From the NCBI GenBank assembly GCA_963715195.1, contig CAVQRT010000007.1:96001-160000 (forward strand): a stretch of DNA of 64,000 bases. The letters are read 5' to 3'. The position numbers were made by a program, and so were the translations under genes. Below, one piece after another: positions 1-8,274 of the stretch (position 1 is the stretch's first letter; every line of letters starts with the position of its first letter). The notes beneath the pieces are model-generated. The model saw only the letters and a list, made by a program, of their open reading frames with translations. It was not told where the DNA came from and did not search any database. The DNA is from Thermodesulfovibrionales bacterium. Its GTDB lineage: Bacteria > Nitrospirota > Thermodesulfovibrionia > Thermodesulfovibrionales > SM23-35.

Positions 1-156
1 TTTGATTCACGGAAGATCATTGACAAAGCAACATACGAAGATCCGTTTATGCAGCCGGAAGGGATGAATTATGTGATCGTCAATGGGATTCCTGCCAGAT
101 GGGAAGGTCAATTAACCGGATTGAGGTCTGGCAGGGTATTAAGAAACGGAAGATAA
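1..156 (+). CDS. 3' end of an amidohydrolase (D-aminoacylase/N-acyl-D-amino-acid deacylase-like), partial
   Basis: Frame 1 reads FDSRKIIDKATYEDPFMQPEGMNYVIVNG...TGLRSGRVLRNGR*, the typical D-aminoacylase C-terminus (DxATYxxP..GxxxVxVNG..G.VLR). Truncated by the window edge. Confidence 0.75.
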   Translation, partial: FDSRKIIDKATYEDPFMQPEGMNYVIVNGIPARWEGQLTGLRSGRVLRNGR

Positions 157-161
157 AAACG

Positions 162-189
162 GTAGATAGTAGGGAGTAGACAGTAGGCA
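162..189 (+). repeat. Degenerate heptamer tandem repeat (GTAGRCA-like x4)
   Basis: gtagata gtaggga gtagaca gtaggca just after a stop codon. Related arrays at 8215-8274 and 23700-23721 (minus). Confidence 0.65.
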
Positions 190-215
190 GGAAAAAATTC
201 AGCAACTGACAACTA

Positions 216-944
216 ATGTCTGATAACCGACAGTTGGGAGTAAACGGGGAAGACGCAAAGAAAGTGGGCAATGCAGCATCCGGCAAACCACTCATAGGAA
301 TTACCACTGATATTGATGGCGAATACCTGCGGCTAAGACACGATTATTGTGAGGCAGTGGTAGAGGCAGGGGGTTCCCCCCTGTTATTGCCGCCTGTTGG
401 TGATGCAACACAGCATGCAGCGCTGATACACGGACTTCTTATACCCGGCGGGAATGATCTTGATCCTGCCTATTACCATGAAGAAGTGCATCAGAATGTC
501 AGACCGGTGTCCAGCGTGAGAAGCAATTTCGAGATCTCTCTTCTCAGGGAAATTCTCGCCCTGAACAAGCCTGTTCTAGGCATATGCTATGGAATGCAGC
601 TTTTGAATGTCTTTTTCGGCGGTGCTCTCTATCAGGATATTTCTACACAACTGCCTGTAGCGAGAAATCACAAAAACGGCTATCATATGGTTGTGATAAC
701 AGAAAACAGGTTTCTCATGCAGGGTACGTTTTCTGTAAACAGCACGCATCATCAGGCGGTCAGAACCCTGGGGAACGGTCTCTCTTCATGTGCCCGTTCT
801 GATGATCAGATAATCGAGGCTTTCTGCAAGGTAGATTATCCTTTTCTTGTCGGTGTTCAATGGCATCCGGAACGCATCCGGAAAGACACGCTTTCACAGG
901 ATATCTTTCGGTGTTTCATCAATGCCGCGAATTTCAGGAGTTGA
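216..944 (+). CDS. Peptidase C26 / gamma-glutamyl-gamma-aminobutyrate hydrolase (PuuD-like) class I glutamine amidotransferase
   Basis: KPLIGIT, GGNDLDP, LGICYGMQ nucleophile elbow, NSTHHQAV, GVQWHPE triad motif. Confidence 0.9.
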   Translation: MSDNRQLGVNGEDAKKVGNAASGKPLIGITTDIDGEYLRLRHDYCEAVVEAGGSPLLLPPVGDATQHAALIHGLLIPGGNDLDPAYYHEEVHQNVRPVSSVRSNFEISLLREILALNKPVLGICYGMQLLNVFFGGALYQDISTQLPVARNHKNGYHMVVITENRFLMQGTFSVNSTHHQAVRTLGNGLSSCARSDDQIIEAFCKVDYPFLVGVQWHPERIRKDTLSQDIFRCFINAANFRS

Positions 945-1071
945 ATTGTTTTTTGTACCGGTGTTGTTTTTTTGAATGTCCGGTATTCCGGAATGACAAG
1001 CCTTTCCTGAATACCACTGTGGATATTCAGTCATTACATCTGAATTTTTTCACCCATGGAAGGAGGAGCAT

Positions 1072-2193
1072 ATGATCAGCAGGGAAGAACTGAAGGATAT
1101 TGCGAAGATGAAGGACGACGGTGCATATTTCATAAGCCTCTACCTGAATGTCAATCCAAAGACAACCGTAAAAGACAACTATGTAATCCACGTGAAAAAC
1201 ATGCTCAGGCGGACGGCTGAAAAACTTGATAAGACCGTCACAAAAAAGGTAAAACCTGACATCGATAAAATTGAAACATATATCCTGACCAACAAGAGGG
1301 TATTCAAAAAGGGGCTTGTCATTTTCAGTTCCCATGAGAGGAAATTCTGGAAGGAATTTCACCTTGCAGTTCCGTTCAGGAATGAAATTATTGTGGATAC
1401 TAGTCCCTATGTAAAACCGCTTCTCGATGTCCTCGATAATTATCAGAGATACGCAATATTGCTCGTCGACAGGGAATCCGCACGTTTATTACTCGTCCAT
1501 CTCGGGGAAATAGAGGAGTATTCCGAGGTTCATTCAGAGGATGTTCCGGGCAGGCATAAGAAGGGTGGATGGTTTTCACTCGCTGAAAGAAGTTACGAAC
1601 GCCATATTAATTATCATGTCAGTCTCCATCTGAAGGATGTGCTCAAAGAGTTGGAGGCTTTTTTGTCCGGCGAGTACGTCGGCCGGATGATTATCGGCGG
1701 CTCGGAAGAGGCGGTACCAAAAGTTAAGGCTATGTTGCCACAGGGAATTGCTGAAAAAGTTATCGGAACATTTCAGGCGGAAATGTCGGCCAGCAGCAAA
1801 GAGATTATGAAAAAAGCTGAACCTTTGTTCCAGGAATATGAAAAAAAGAAAGAGACCGATGATATCGAAGAGCTCCTGACAAAAGCAATGAAGAATGAAA
1901 ATGCTGTTCTCGGAGTGGAGAATGTCCTGAACGCCCTGCAGGAGGGACGAATCATGAAGCTCATTGTCATGAAGGATTTTAAGCAGTCCGGATTATCCTG
2001 CAGGCAGTGCGGCTATCTGAGTGCCCAAAAAATGGCATCATGTCCATTCTGTAGCGGGGATATGCAGAAAGAAAAATATCTTATTGATCTTATTGCCCAA
2101 AAAGCGGTCGAACAGGGGGCGTTTATCGAAGTGGCCTCAGAAAACAGGAAACTGCGGGAAACCGGCAATATCGGCGCCTTCCTGAGGTTCTGA
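1072..2193 (+). CDS. Bacterial archaeo-eukaryotic release factor-like protein (aRF1/eRF1/baeRF superfamily) with Zn ribbon
   Basis: SLYL N-domain, PYVKPL..Y.ILLVDRE.ARL core, KKGGW loop, C-terminal L7Ae-like domain with CRQC...CPFC, ends IGAFLRF. RBS aggagga. Confidence 0.85.
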   Translation: MISREELKDIAKMKDDGAYFISLYLNVNPKTTVKDNYVIHVKNMLRRTAEKLDKTVTKKVKPDIDKIETYILTNKRVFKKGLVIFSSHERKFWKEFHLAVPFRNEIIVDTSPYVKPLLDVLDNYQRYAILLVDRESARLLLVHLGEIEEYSEVHSEDVPGRHKKGGWFSLAERSYERHINYHVSLHLKDVLKELEAFLSGEYVGRMIIGGSEEAVPKVKAMLPQGIAEKVIGTFQAEMSASSKEIMKKAEPLFQEYEKKKETDDIEELLTKAMKNENAVLGVENVLNALQEGRIMKLIVMKDFKQSGLSCRQCGYLSAQKMASCPFCSGDMQKEKYLIDLIAQKAVEQGAFIEVASENRKLRETGNIGAFLRF

Positions 2194-2243
2194 CAATATC
2201 ATACAATAAATCAGTCAATAGAGGACTGCTCAGGAATCTTGTA

Positions 2244-3800
2244 TTGTACTTTTGCTGTTTCCTTATTTCTGCATTTTGTTTCCTGGTCACTGTTTCGTGT
2301 TTATCCCGTAACCGTCTCCATGGTTATGTTTACTTCCGTCTGAGCGCAAACCCAACGACTCTTGATCCGGCACTGATTGTAGATGTAACGGGCGGATCAC
2401 TGGCTGCCAAGCTCTATAACGGGCTTGTGAGGATCGGGGACGATCTTGATGTCAGACCCGACATTGCAGAACACTGGAGAGTATCCCCGGATGGACGTAT
2501 TTATGTATTTACCCTGAGAAAAGGTGTGACGTTCTCAAATAAGCGCATGGTAGGGGCTGCCGATTTTAAATATTCTTTTGAAAGAATTCTCCGGCCTGCT
2601 ACCAGGTCTCCGAACACCTGGGTATTCGAAAAGATTCTGGGAGCAGACGACTTTATGAAGGGAAGGACTATCGATGTTGAAGGGATAAAGGTTCTTGATG
2701 AATATACGCTGAGCATAGAGCTCAAGCAACCGTTTGCCCCGTTCCTCAGTCTCCTGACGATGACTGCAGCGTATGTCGTTCCGCGTGAGGATGCTGAAAG
2801 ATGGGGGGTTGATTTTTCAAGTCATCCGGTCGGCACCGGCCCTTTTGTTTTACAGGAATGGCTTCCGAACAGAACAATACAGTTGGAAAGAAGGAATGAT
2901 TATTTTGATGTGCCTGCGAAAGTAAAAGGCATTCTATACCGGATTATTCCCGAAGACCTAACAGCCGTTACGGAATTCGAGATCGGAAGTATCGACATCC
3001 TGACGGTACCAGCTTCTGAATACTCACGATACAGGAACGACAAGAAAAGGCATGATCTTATCTCATCCCTACAAGGGCTCAACACCTATTATATAGGCTT
3101 TAACTGTTCCCGTCCTCCGCTCACGAATCCAAACCTGAGAAAGGCAATTTTTTATGGGATAGACAGGGAAAAGATTCTGAACACACTGTATGAAAAGCGC
3201 GGGCGTCTCGCAGCAGGCCCTGTTCCTGCCGTTATGAGAAAATGGCAGGAGCCGGCGCGTTTTCCTTTTGATCTGAAGAAGGCAAGGGAATTGATTCATC
3301 AGGAGGGAATTGCCGGCATGACGCTGAATTTTTACATTACCTCTGAGCAGGAGGTTGTTGATATCGCGGAGGTCATCCAGTACTATCTCCATGAGATAGG
3401 AATAACGGTGAGGATAAAGCAGCTTGAGTGGAGTGCGTATAAGGAAGCAATCAATCAGGGAGAACCAGACATGTTTTATCTGAGCTGGTGGGCTGATTAT
3501 CCTGACCCAGAAAATTTTCTCTATCCGCTCTTCCACTCATCCAATCATGGACCTGCAGGGAACAGAACGCGCTATACAAACAGCAGGGTGGATGCTCTCA
3601 TAGAGCAGGCAGAGGGTGAATCACTTGAAACAAAGCGGTGGCAGCTCTATAAGATGGCAGAAGATGAAATTGTATCAGACGTGCCATGGGTGTTCCTCTG
3701 GCATAAAACGGATTTTGTTGTCAGACAACCATGGATTGCGCATTATGAGATTTGCCCGATTTACAGCATGGACAAAGGGACAGAACTATCGTTTCACTGA
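2244..3800 (+). CDS. Opp/Dpp-type ABC transporter substrate-binding lipoprotein
   Basis: PTTLDP, LYNGLV, PDIAEHW, GTGPF, WWADYPDPENFL family-5 SBP motifs. Start codon uncertain. Confidence 0.9.
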   Translation: MYFCCFLISAFCFLVTVSCLSRNRLHGYVYFRLSANPTTLDPALIVDVTGGSLAAKLYNGLVRIGDDLDVRPDIAEHWRVSPDGRIYVFTLRKGVTFSNKRMVGAADFKYSFERILRPATRSPNTWVFEKILGADDFMKGRTIDVEGIKVLDEYTLSIELKQPFAPFLSLLTMTAAYVVPREDAERWGVDFSSHPVGTGPFVLQEWLPNRTIQLERRNDYFDVPAKVKGILYRIIPEDLTAVTEFEIGSIDILTVPASEYSRYRNDKKRHDLISSLQGLNTYYIGFNCSRPPLTNPNLRKAIFYGIDREKILNTLYEKRGRLAAGPVPAVMRKWQEPARFPFDLKKARELIHQEGIAGMTLNFYITSEQEVVDIAEVIQYYLHEIGITVRIKQLEWSAYKEAINQGEPDMFYLSWWADYPDPENFLYPLFHSSNHGPAGNRTRYTNSRVDALIEQAEGESLETKRWQLYKMAEDEIVSDVPWVFLWHKTDFVVRQPWIAHYEICPIYSMDKGTELSFH

Positions 3801-3827
3801 GTACATGGTGAAAACGTCGTTTGAGAA

Positions 3828-4760
3828 ATGAAGACTTATCTGATTAAGCGCGTACTTTTTCTTATTCCCCTTTTGTTGGGAGTCACACTCCTGACATTTA
3901 CCCTCACGAAAGCTCTGCCCGGTGATCCCGTATTCAGTCTTGTCGGGGAAAGGGCGGACCCCGGGGTGATCGAAAAGATACGAAAAGAGCTGGGTTCAGA
4001 AAAAGATATTGTAGGACAGTATCTTGGATATCTGAAATTACTCATACGTGGTGAATTCGGACGCTCTTACCATACAAACAGAAGGGTCTTTGATGATATT
4101 AAAATGAAATTTCCGAATACCTTGAAGCTTGCCGTGGGAGCGATGATGATCGCAGTGCCCGCAGGGTTGCTTTTCGGTTTTGTTGCCGCACAAAAGAGAG
4201 GCAAGCTTCTTGACAGGATAATTTCAGTTTTTTCTGTTTCCGGCATGAGCCTGCCGGTGTTCTGGAGCGGGCTTTTGCTTATGTTTGTTTTCAGTCTGCA
4301 ATGGAAAATACTGCCACCGTCCGGGACCGGAGGCCTGCAGTATTTGATACTCCCTGCACTGACGCTCTCGCTTCCTGCCCTGGGGATTTTATCGAGGATT
4401 ACCAGAACGACGGTACTGGAAATAATTGATGCGCCGTTTGTCAAAACTGCGCAGGCAAAGGGAATAAAGGAGCTGAAGATTCAGCTTGTTCATGTTTTCA
4501 GGAATGCACTGATACCCATAACAACGGTTATAGGTCTTGAGTTCGCAAGCTATCTGAATGGAGCCGTTCTGACAGAGACGATATTCGGGTGGGACGGCAT
4601 AGGGAGATTTACCGTGGAGGGAATTATCAAAAGGGATTACCCGGTAATTATGGGATGCGTCATCACCGGAACACTCGTCTTCATTGGCATCAATCTGTTG
4701 GTTGATATTCTTTATCACTATCTTGATCCGAGAGTGAGGATTGATGGAAGGAACAGGTAA
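3828..4760 (+). CDS. Opp/Dpp ABC permease (OppB/DppB-like)
   Basis: LPGDP, QYLGYL, AQAKG EAA loop, RDYPVIMG, LDPRVR. Confidence 0.92.
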   Translation: MKTYLIKRVLFLIPLLLGVTLLTFTLTKALPGDPVFSLVGERADPGVIEKIRKELGSEKDIVGQYLGYLKLLIRGEFGRSYHTNRRVFDDIKMKFPNTLKLAVGAMMIAVPAGLLFGFVAAQKRGKLLDRIISVFSVSGMSLPVFWSGLLLMFVFSLQWKILPPSGTGGLQYLILPALTLSLPALGILSRITRTTVLEIIDAPFVKTAQAKGIKELKIQLVHVFRNALIPITTVIGLEFASYLNGAVLTETIFGWDGIGRFTVEGIIKRDYPVIMGCVITGTLVFIGINLLVDILYHYLDPRVRIDGRNR

Positions 4761-5553
4761 GTTGTGCGCGGCAGCCCTGGTTTTCATTGCTCTCCTGTCG
4801 CTTTTTGCCCCTGTTATATCAAGCTACGATCCAAACGGCATAGATCTTGACAGTCTCAGGAGGCCGCCCGGTCCTGAACATTTTCTGGGGACTGACAATA
4901 AGGGACGGGATGTATTCACCAGGATACTTTACGGAGGAAGGATTTCATTGGGTATAGCGGCAACCGCTGCTTTTTTCTCCCTCCTTATCGGAATGATTCT
5001 TGGTCTCTGTTCAGGATATTTCGGCGGAAAGGTCGACCTGCTTCTTATGGCAGTGGTGGACCTGGTTCTCTCTTTCCCTGCGCTGCTCCTCGCGATCGGC
5101 ATCGGCATACTTTTCCCATCCGGCATTCATACTGTAGTGATTGCAATCGTTACAGTCGGGTGGGCTTCTTTTGCGAGAATCATCAGGGGACAGATCCTCA
5201 TGCTCAGGGAGGCTGCATTTATCGAATCGGCCCGTTCGGTTGGCTGCAGTCATGCAAGGATACTCTTTCGCCATCTCCTGCCGCAGTGTATCCCGGTAAT
5301 GCTTGTTATGGCGGGAATGAAAATCGGTAGTTTTATCCTAACGGAATCATCACTGAGCTTTCTGGGATTGGGGGCACAGCCCCCCACGGCAACGTGGGGT
5401 TCGATGATCAGTGCGAACAGGGTTTATATTGCATCAGCTCCCTGGATGGTACTCTTCCCGGGGGCTATGATTGCGCTGACCGTGTTCTGCTGTAATATCC
5501 TCGGTGATATTTTGAGAGACCGGTACGGATTGAACATAAAGGGGAGGATATGA
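4741..5553 (+). CDS. Opp/Dpp ABC permease (OppC/DppC-like)
   Basis: HFLGTDNKGRDVFTR, FIESARSVG, LSFLGLG.QPP..TWG. Confidence 0.92.
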   Translation: MMEGTGKLCAAALVFIALLSLFAPVISSYDPNGIDLDSLRRPPGPEHFLGTDNKGRDVFTRILYGGRISLGIAATAAFFSLLIGMILGLCSGYFGGKVDLLLMAVVDLVLSFPALLLAIGIGILFPSGIHTVVIAIVTVGWASFARIIRGQILMLREAAFIESARSVGCSHARILFRHLLPQCIPVMLVMAGMKIGSFILTESSLSFLGLGAQPPTATWGSMISANRVYIASAPWMVLFPGAMIALTVFCCNILGDILRDRYGLNIKGRI

Positions 5554-5571
5554 CCGTCTCAACGAAACGGA

Positions 5572-6078
5572 TTACGCTTCCCGGAGTTTTTCTTCCTCTT
5601 CCTCGAGTATTTTGCATTCGATGCACATCGTTGTGACCGGTCTTGCTTCAAGGCGTCTGATATGTATCGGCTCCCCGCATCTCTCACATATGCCGAACAC
5701 ATTCTGATCAATTCTCTCGATAGCTTCATCAATCTTTTTTAACAGCTTCCGCTCCCGCCCGCGCAAGCGCAGCATAAAGTTTCTGTCTATTTCTGCAGTT
5801 GCCTGATCACCGAGATCGGGGAATACCGTAGGTCCCGGGAGCTCATTCAGCGTTTCAATGGCGCCAATGAGGAGAGATTTTTTCTGTTCAAGGAGTTTCC
5901 TTCTGATCTCCTGAACTTTCTTTTCCCTTGGACTGATTGTCTTCGCGGATACTTTTCTTACCTGTTTGACAGGCTTTGATTTTGGCTGTTTTCTTGTCGT
6001 TGTCGTTTTAGTGACTTTCGGCTTCATCTTAGTTTTAACAGTCTGCTTTTTCGATTTCGCTGGCTGTTTCTTTGGCAT
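5572..6078 (-). CDS. dksA: RNA polymerase-binding transcription factor DksA
   Basis: DLGDQA coiled-coil tip, CERC...RLEARP....CIEC zinc finger, Lys-rich N-terminal extension. Confidence 0.9.
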   Translation of the reverse strand: MPKKQPAKSKKQTVKTKMKPKVTKTTTTRKQPKSKPVKQVRKVSAKTISPREKKVQEIRRKLLEQKKSLLIGAIETLNELPGPTVFPDLGDQATAEIDRNFMLRLRGRERKLLKKIDEAIERIDQNVFGICERCGEPIHIRRLEARPVTTMCIECKILEEEEEKLREA

Positions 6079-6201
6079 ACAAACTCCTCAAAATAAAAAG
6101 TAATTTATAGATTAACAGAAGTAAACTGTCTTCGTCAACGAGACTTCGCAGGGCGTCAATAATTCTTGATTTTTCGACAGGTGCTATGCGATACTATGCT
6201 C

Positions 6202-6255
6202 GAAGTATCGGAAGTATTGATGTATGTAGCTTCAAGGACTTTGGACTTTGTAGCT
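6202..6255 (+). promoter_or_regulatory. Conserved 5' leader hairpin of cold-shock gene
   Basis: Aligns with the leader of the second csp gene (39490-39551), with different but pairing stem bases. Confidence 0.55.
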
Positions 6256-6309
6256 CCCATACCATGATTCCGTAAGCTTCTATTCTTATTATCAAGGAGG
6301 TGTGGCAGT

Positions 6310-6510
6310 ATGGTCAATGGAACCGTGAAATGGTTCAACGAGTCCAAAGGCTTTGGATTCATTACCAAGGAAGACGGCGGAGATGTGTTCGTGCATTATT
6401 CAGCCATTCAGGGTAACGGATTCAAAACACTGGCCGAGGGTCAGGCGGTAAGCTTTGAAGTTGTTGACGGCCCGAAAGGTCCCAAAGCAGAAAACGTCAC
6501 AAAAATCTAA
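6310..6510 (+). CDS. Cold-shock protein (CspA family)
   Basis: [27 protein letters not shown] motifs. RBS aggaggt. Confidence 0.97.
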   Translation: MVNGTVKWFNESKGFGFITKEDGGDVFVHYSAIQGNGFKTLAEGQAVSFEVVDGPKGPKAENVTKI

Positions 6511-6519
6511 CCAAAAAAC

Positions 6520-6547
6520 TGCGGGTCTCGTTTACACGGGACCCGCA
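6520..6547. terminator. GC-rich stem-loop downstream of csp
   Basis: tgcgggtctcgt-ttac-acgggacccgca. The U-run lies on the minus strand, so direction is uncertain. Confidence 0.55.
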
Positions 6548-6590
6548 AATCAAAATCCTCTGTCAAGCAATCTCCTCAAGCATTCTTATT

Positions 6591-7106
6591 ATGGAATCAG
6601 ATGAACTGTTGGAAGTAGTCGACTATAAGGGTAATGTGATTGCATGTGCGCCGAGGAAGAGTATCCATGGCGATCCTTCTCTGATGCACAGAGTAGTCCA
6701 TGTCCTCGTGATTAACAAGAATGGAGATATTCTTTTACAAAAACGCTCACAGAAAAAAGATGTTGCTCCCGGGAAATGGGATACATCTGTTGGCGGACAC
6801 GTGTGCATGGGTGAGGATTTGCTCTCCTCTTCCAAAAGAGAGATGCACGAAGAACTCGGCATCACCGGATACGAACCGGAGTATCTGTATTCCTATATTC
6901 ACAGGAGCGAATTTGAGACTGAAATGGTTACATCATTTTACTGTTTCTGTGAACGCGGGTTTTCATTCAACCGAGAAGAGATCGACGATCTGCGATTCTG
7001 GAGTCGTGAAGAGATTGAAAACGCGATGGGAATGCAGATTCTGAGCGAAAACTTCGAGCACGAATTCAGGACATACAAGGGGTTTTTGGGAAACAATATT
7101 TTTTAA
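6591..7106 (+). CDS. NUDIX hydrolase (YfcD/IPP-isomerase-like)
   Basis: Nudix box GGHVCMGE......REMHEELGI; HRVVHV and LLQKRS..K...PGKWD. Confidence 0.88.
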   Translation: MESDELLEVVDYKGNVIACAPRKSIHGDPSLMHRVVHVLVINKNGDILLQKRSQKKDVAPGKWDTSVGGHVCMGEDLLSSSKREMHEELGITGYEPEYLYSYIHRSEFETEMVTSFYCFCERGFSFNREEIDDLRFWSREEIENAMGMQILSENFEHEFRTYKGFLGNNIF

Positions 7107-7115
7107 GATGGAGTT

Positions 7116-8069
7116 CTATCTTGGTGGTTCGTATAGAATATCTTTGATCTCAGCAGGTGGGCTTTCTCTTTGCGGGCCGAGCGCAGTGACCCGGTAATTT
7201 CTCTTTGCGGTAATATCCTCTCTGTCGACGAAAGACGGAGTATAGGTAAAACCTAACAGTACATATCCTTTCTGTTTATCTGCCTCCCTGTAAACCCTGT
7301 ACCCGGTTACCCAGGTTTCAGGGGGTTCTTTCCATATCAGAAAAATCCTTTCTGCTGTAGGGACCGCAATAAGATTCTGGGGTGCTGAAGGAATAAATGC
7401 AAGAGGATTTACCTCGAGTTCTTCTGAATGGGGGCCTTCGTCCCGTATTGCGCTTCCCGCGGAACTTCTGACCGTATAAAAAACGGTACGGTTGATATCA
7501 AATGAATCACGAAAAGATGTCTCCTTCAGTGGCTGTGAATTCAACGGAGTGAGAGTGTACTGTCCTTTTTGGGCACTTTTATAAATGTTAAAATATTGTG
7601 TTTCATCTGAGCTTTCCCAACTGAGAGTGAGTATCTCGTGATGCACTTCAAACGTGAGGTTTACCGGTGGGGGAGGCGGAGGAAGCGGTTTAATACTGAG
7701 AATCACCGAATCATTTGTAATGCCCTTGAGATTTTCCGAGAGGATTCTGTAATGATATTCCTTTCCAGGAGAAAAATTAGTATCTGTGTATACACGTTTG
7801 TCCCTTTCAATGAATGCGATTTTTCGAAAATCACCATCTGATGACTTCATGAGATGGAAGCCTTTGATACCCTGTTCTGTCATTTTCGGGAACTCCCACG
7901 ACATGATGATCTCTGATTCCCTGTGAATTGCTTTCAAACCAGAAGGGGCATCAGGTTTTTCGTATGACTTGAGTGACGGGTCCCCCTTTCTCCCGCAAGC
8001 CGGAAGAAGCAAAAAAAGGAGACAGGAAAACAATAAAAATACATTGCTATTTCTTGAGTTTGTCATCAT
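7116..8069 (-). CDS. Fibronectin type III repeat lipoprotein
   Basis: Lipobox LLPAC-GRKG and three FN3-like units (P.AP.GL.., Y.YRI, Y.VTA...ES). The longer N-terminus in the ORF track comes from an inserted palindromic repeat, so ATG 8069/8066 is the likelier start. Confidence 0.8.
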   Translation of the reverse strand: MMTNSRNSNVFLLFSCLLFLLLPACGRKGDPSLKSYEKPDAPSGLKAIHRESEIIMSWEFPKMTEQGIKGFHLMKSSDGDFRKIAFIERDKRVYTDTNFSPGKEYHYRILSENLKGITNDSVILSIKPLPPPPPPVNLTFEVHHEILTLSWESSDETQYFNIYKSAQKGQYTLTPLNSQPLKETSFRDSFDINRTVFYTVRSSAGSAIRDEGPHSEELEVNPLAFIPSAPQNLIAVPTAERIFLIWKEPPETWVTGYRVYREADKQKGYVLLGFTYTPSFVDREDITAKRNYRVTALGPQRESPPAEIKDILYEPPR

Positions 8070-8084
8070 CTGTCCAGACCAGTT

Positions 8085-8159
8085 TGTCATTCCGGCATGT
8101 CCGGAATCCTTCTTTAGGTTTGAAAGAATCAGAAAGATTCCCGACAAGCCGGAATGACA
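8085..8159. repeat. Palindromic interspersed element (TGTCATTCCGG...CCGGAATGACA), full copy
   Basis: Terminal inverted repeats tgtcattccggc / gccggaatgaca with internal ggaatc/gattcc stem. Shorter copies at 977-998, 24230-24256, 39034-39060 and 43066-43101. Confidence 0.75.
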
Positions 8160-8214
8160 GCCTATGCAAGCATGTTGTGAACAAACAGGTATGACGCTAT
8201 CTCTGTTTCTTGGC

Positions 8215-8274
8215 CGTCTGCTGTTTACTGTCTTTTATTTCTTCCCTGCCTGCTGTCTACTGCATACTGTCTAC
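8215..8274 (-). repeat. Degenerate heptamer tandem repeat after argH stop
   Basis: Minus strand gtagaca gtatgca gtagaca gcaggca ... gtaaaca gcagacg. Confidence 0.65.

Noticed and set aside
235..270. GACGCAAAG resembling a c-di-GMP-I riboswitch core
   Set aside because: No GGCAAA-stem-GAAA P2 or pairing P3, and it lies inside the PuuD-like ORF.
8070..8147. N-terminal extension of the FN3 lipoprotein ORF
   Set aside because: Mostly encoded by the palindromic repeat; the signal peptide and lipobox start at 8069/8066.
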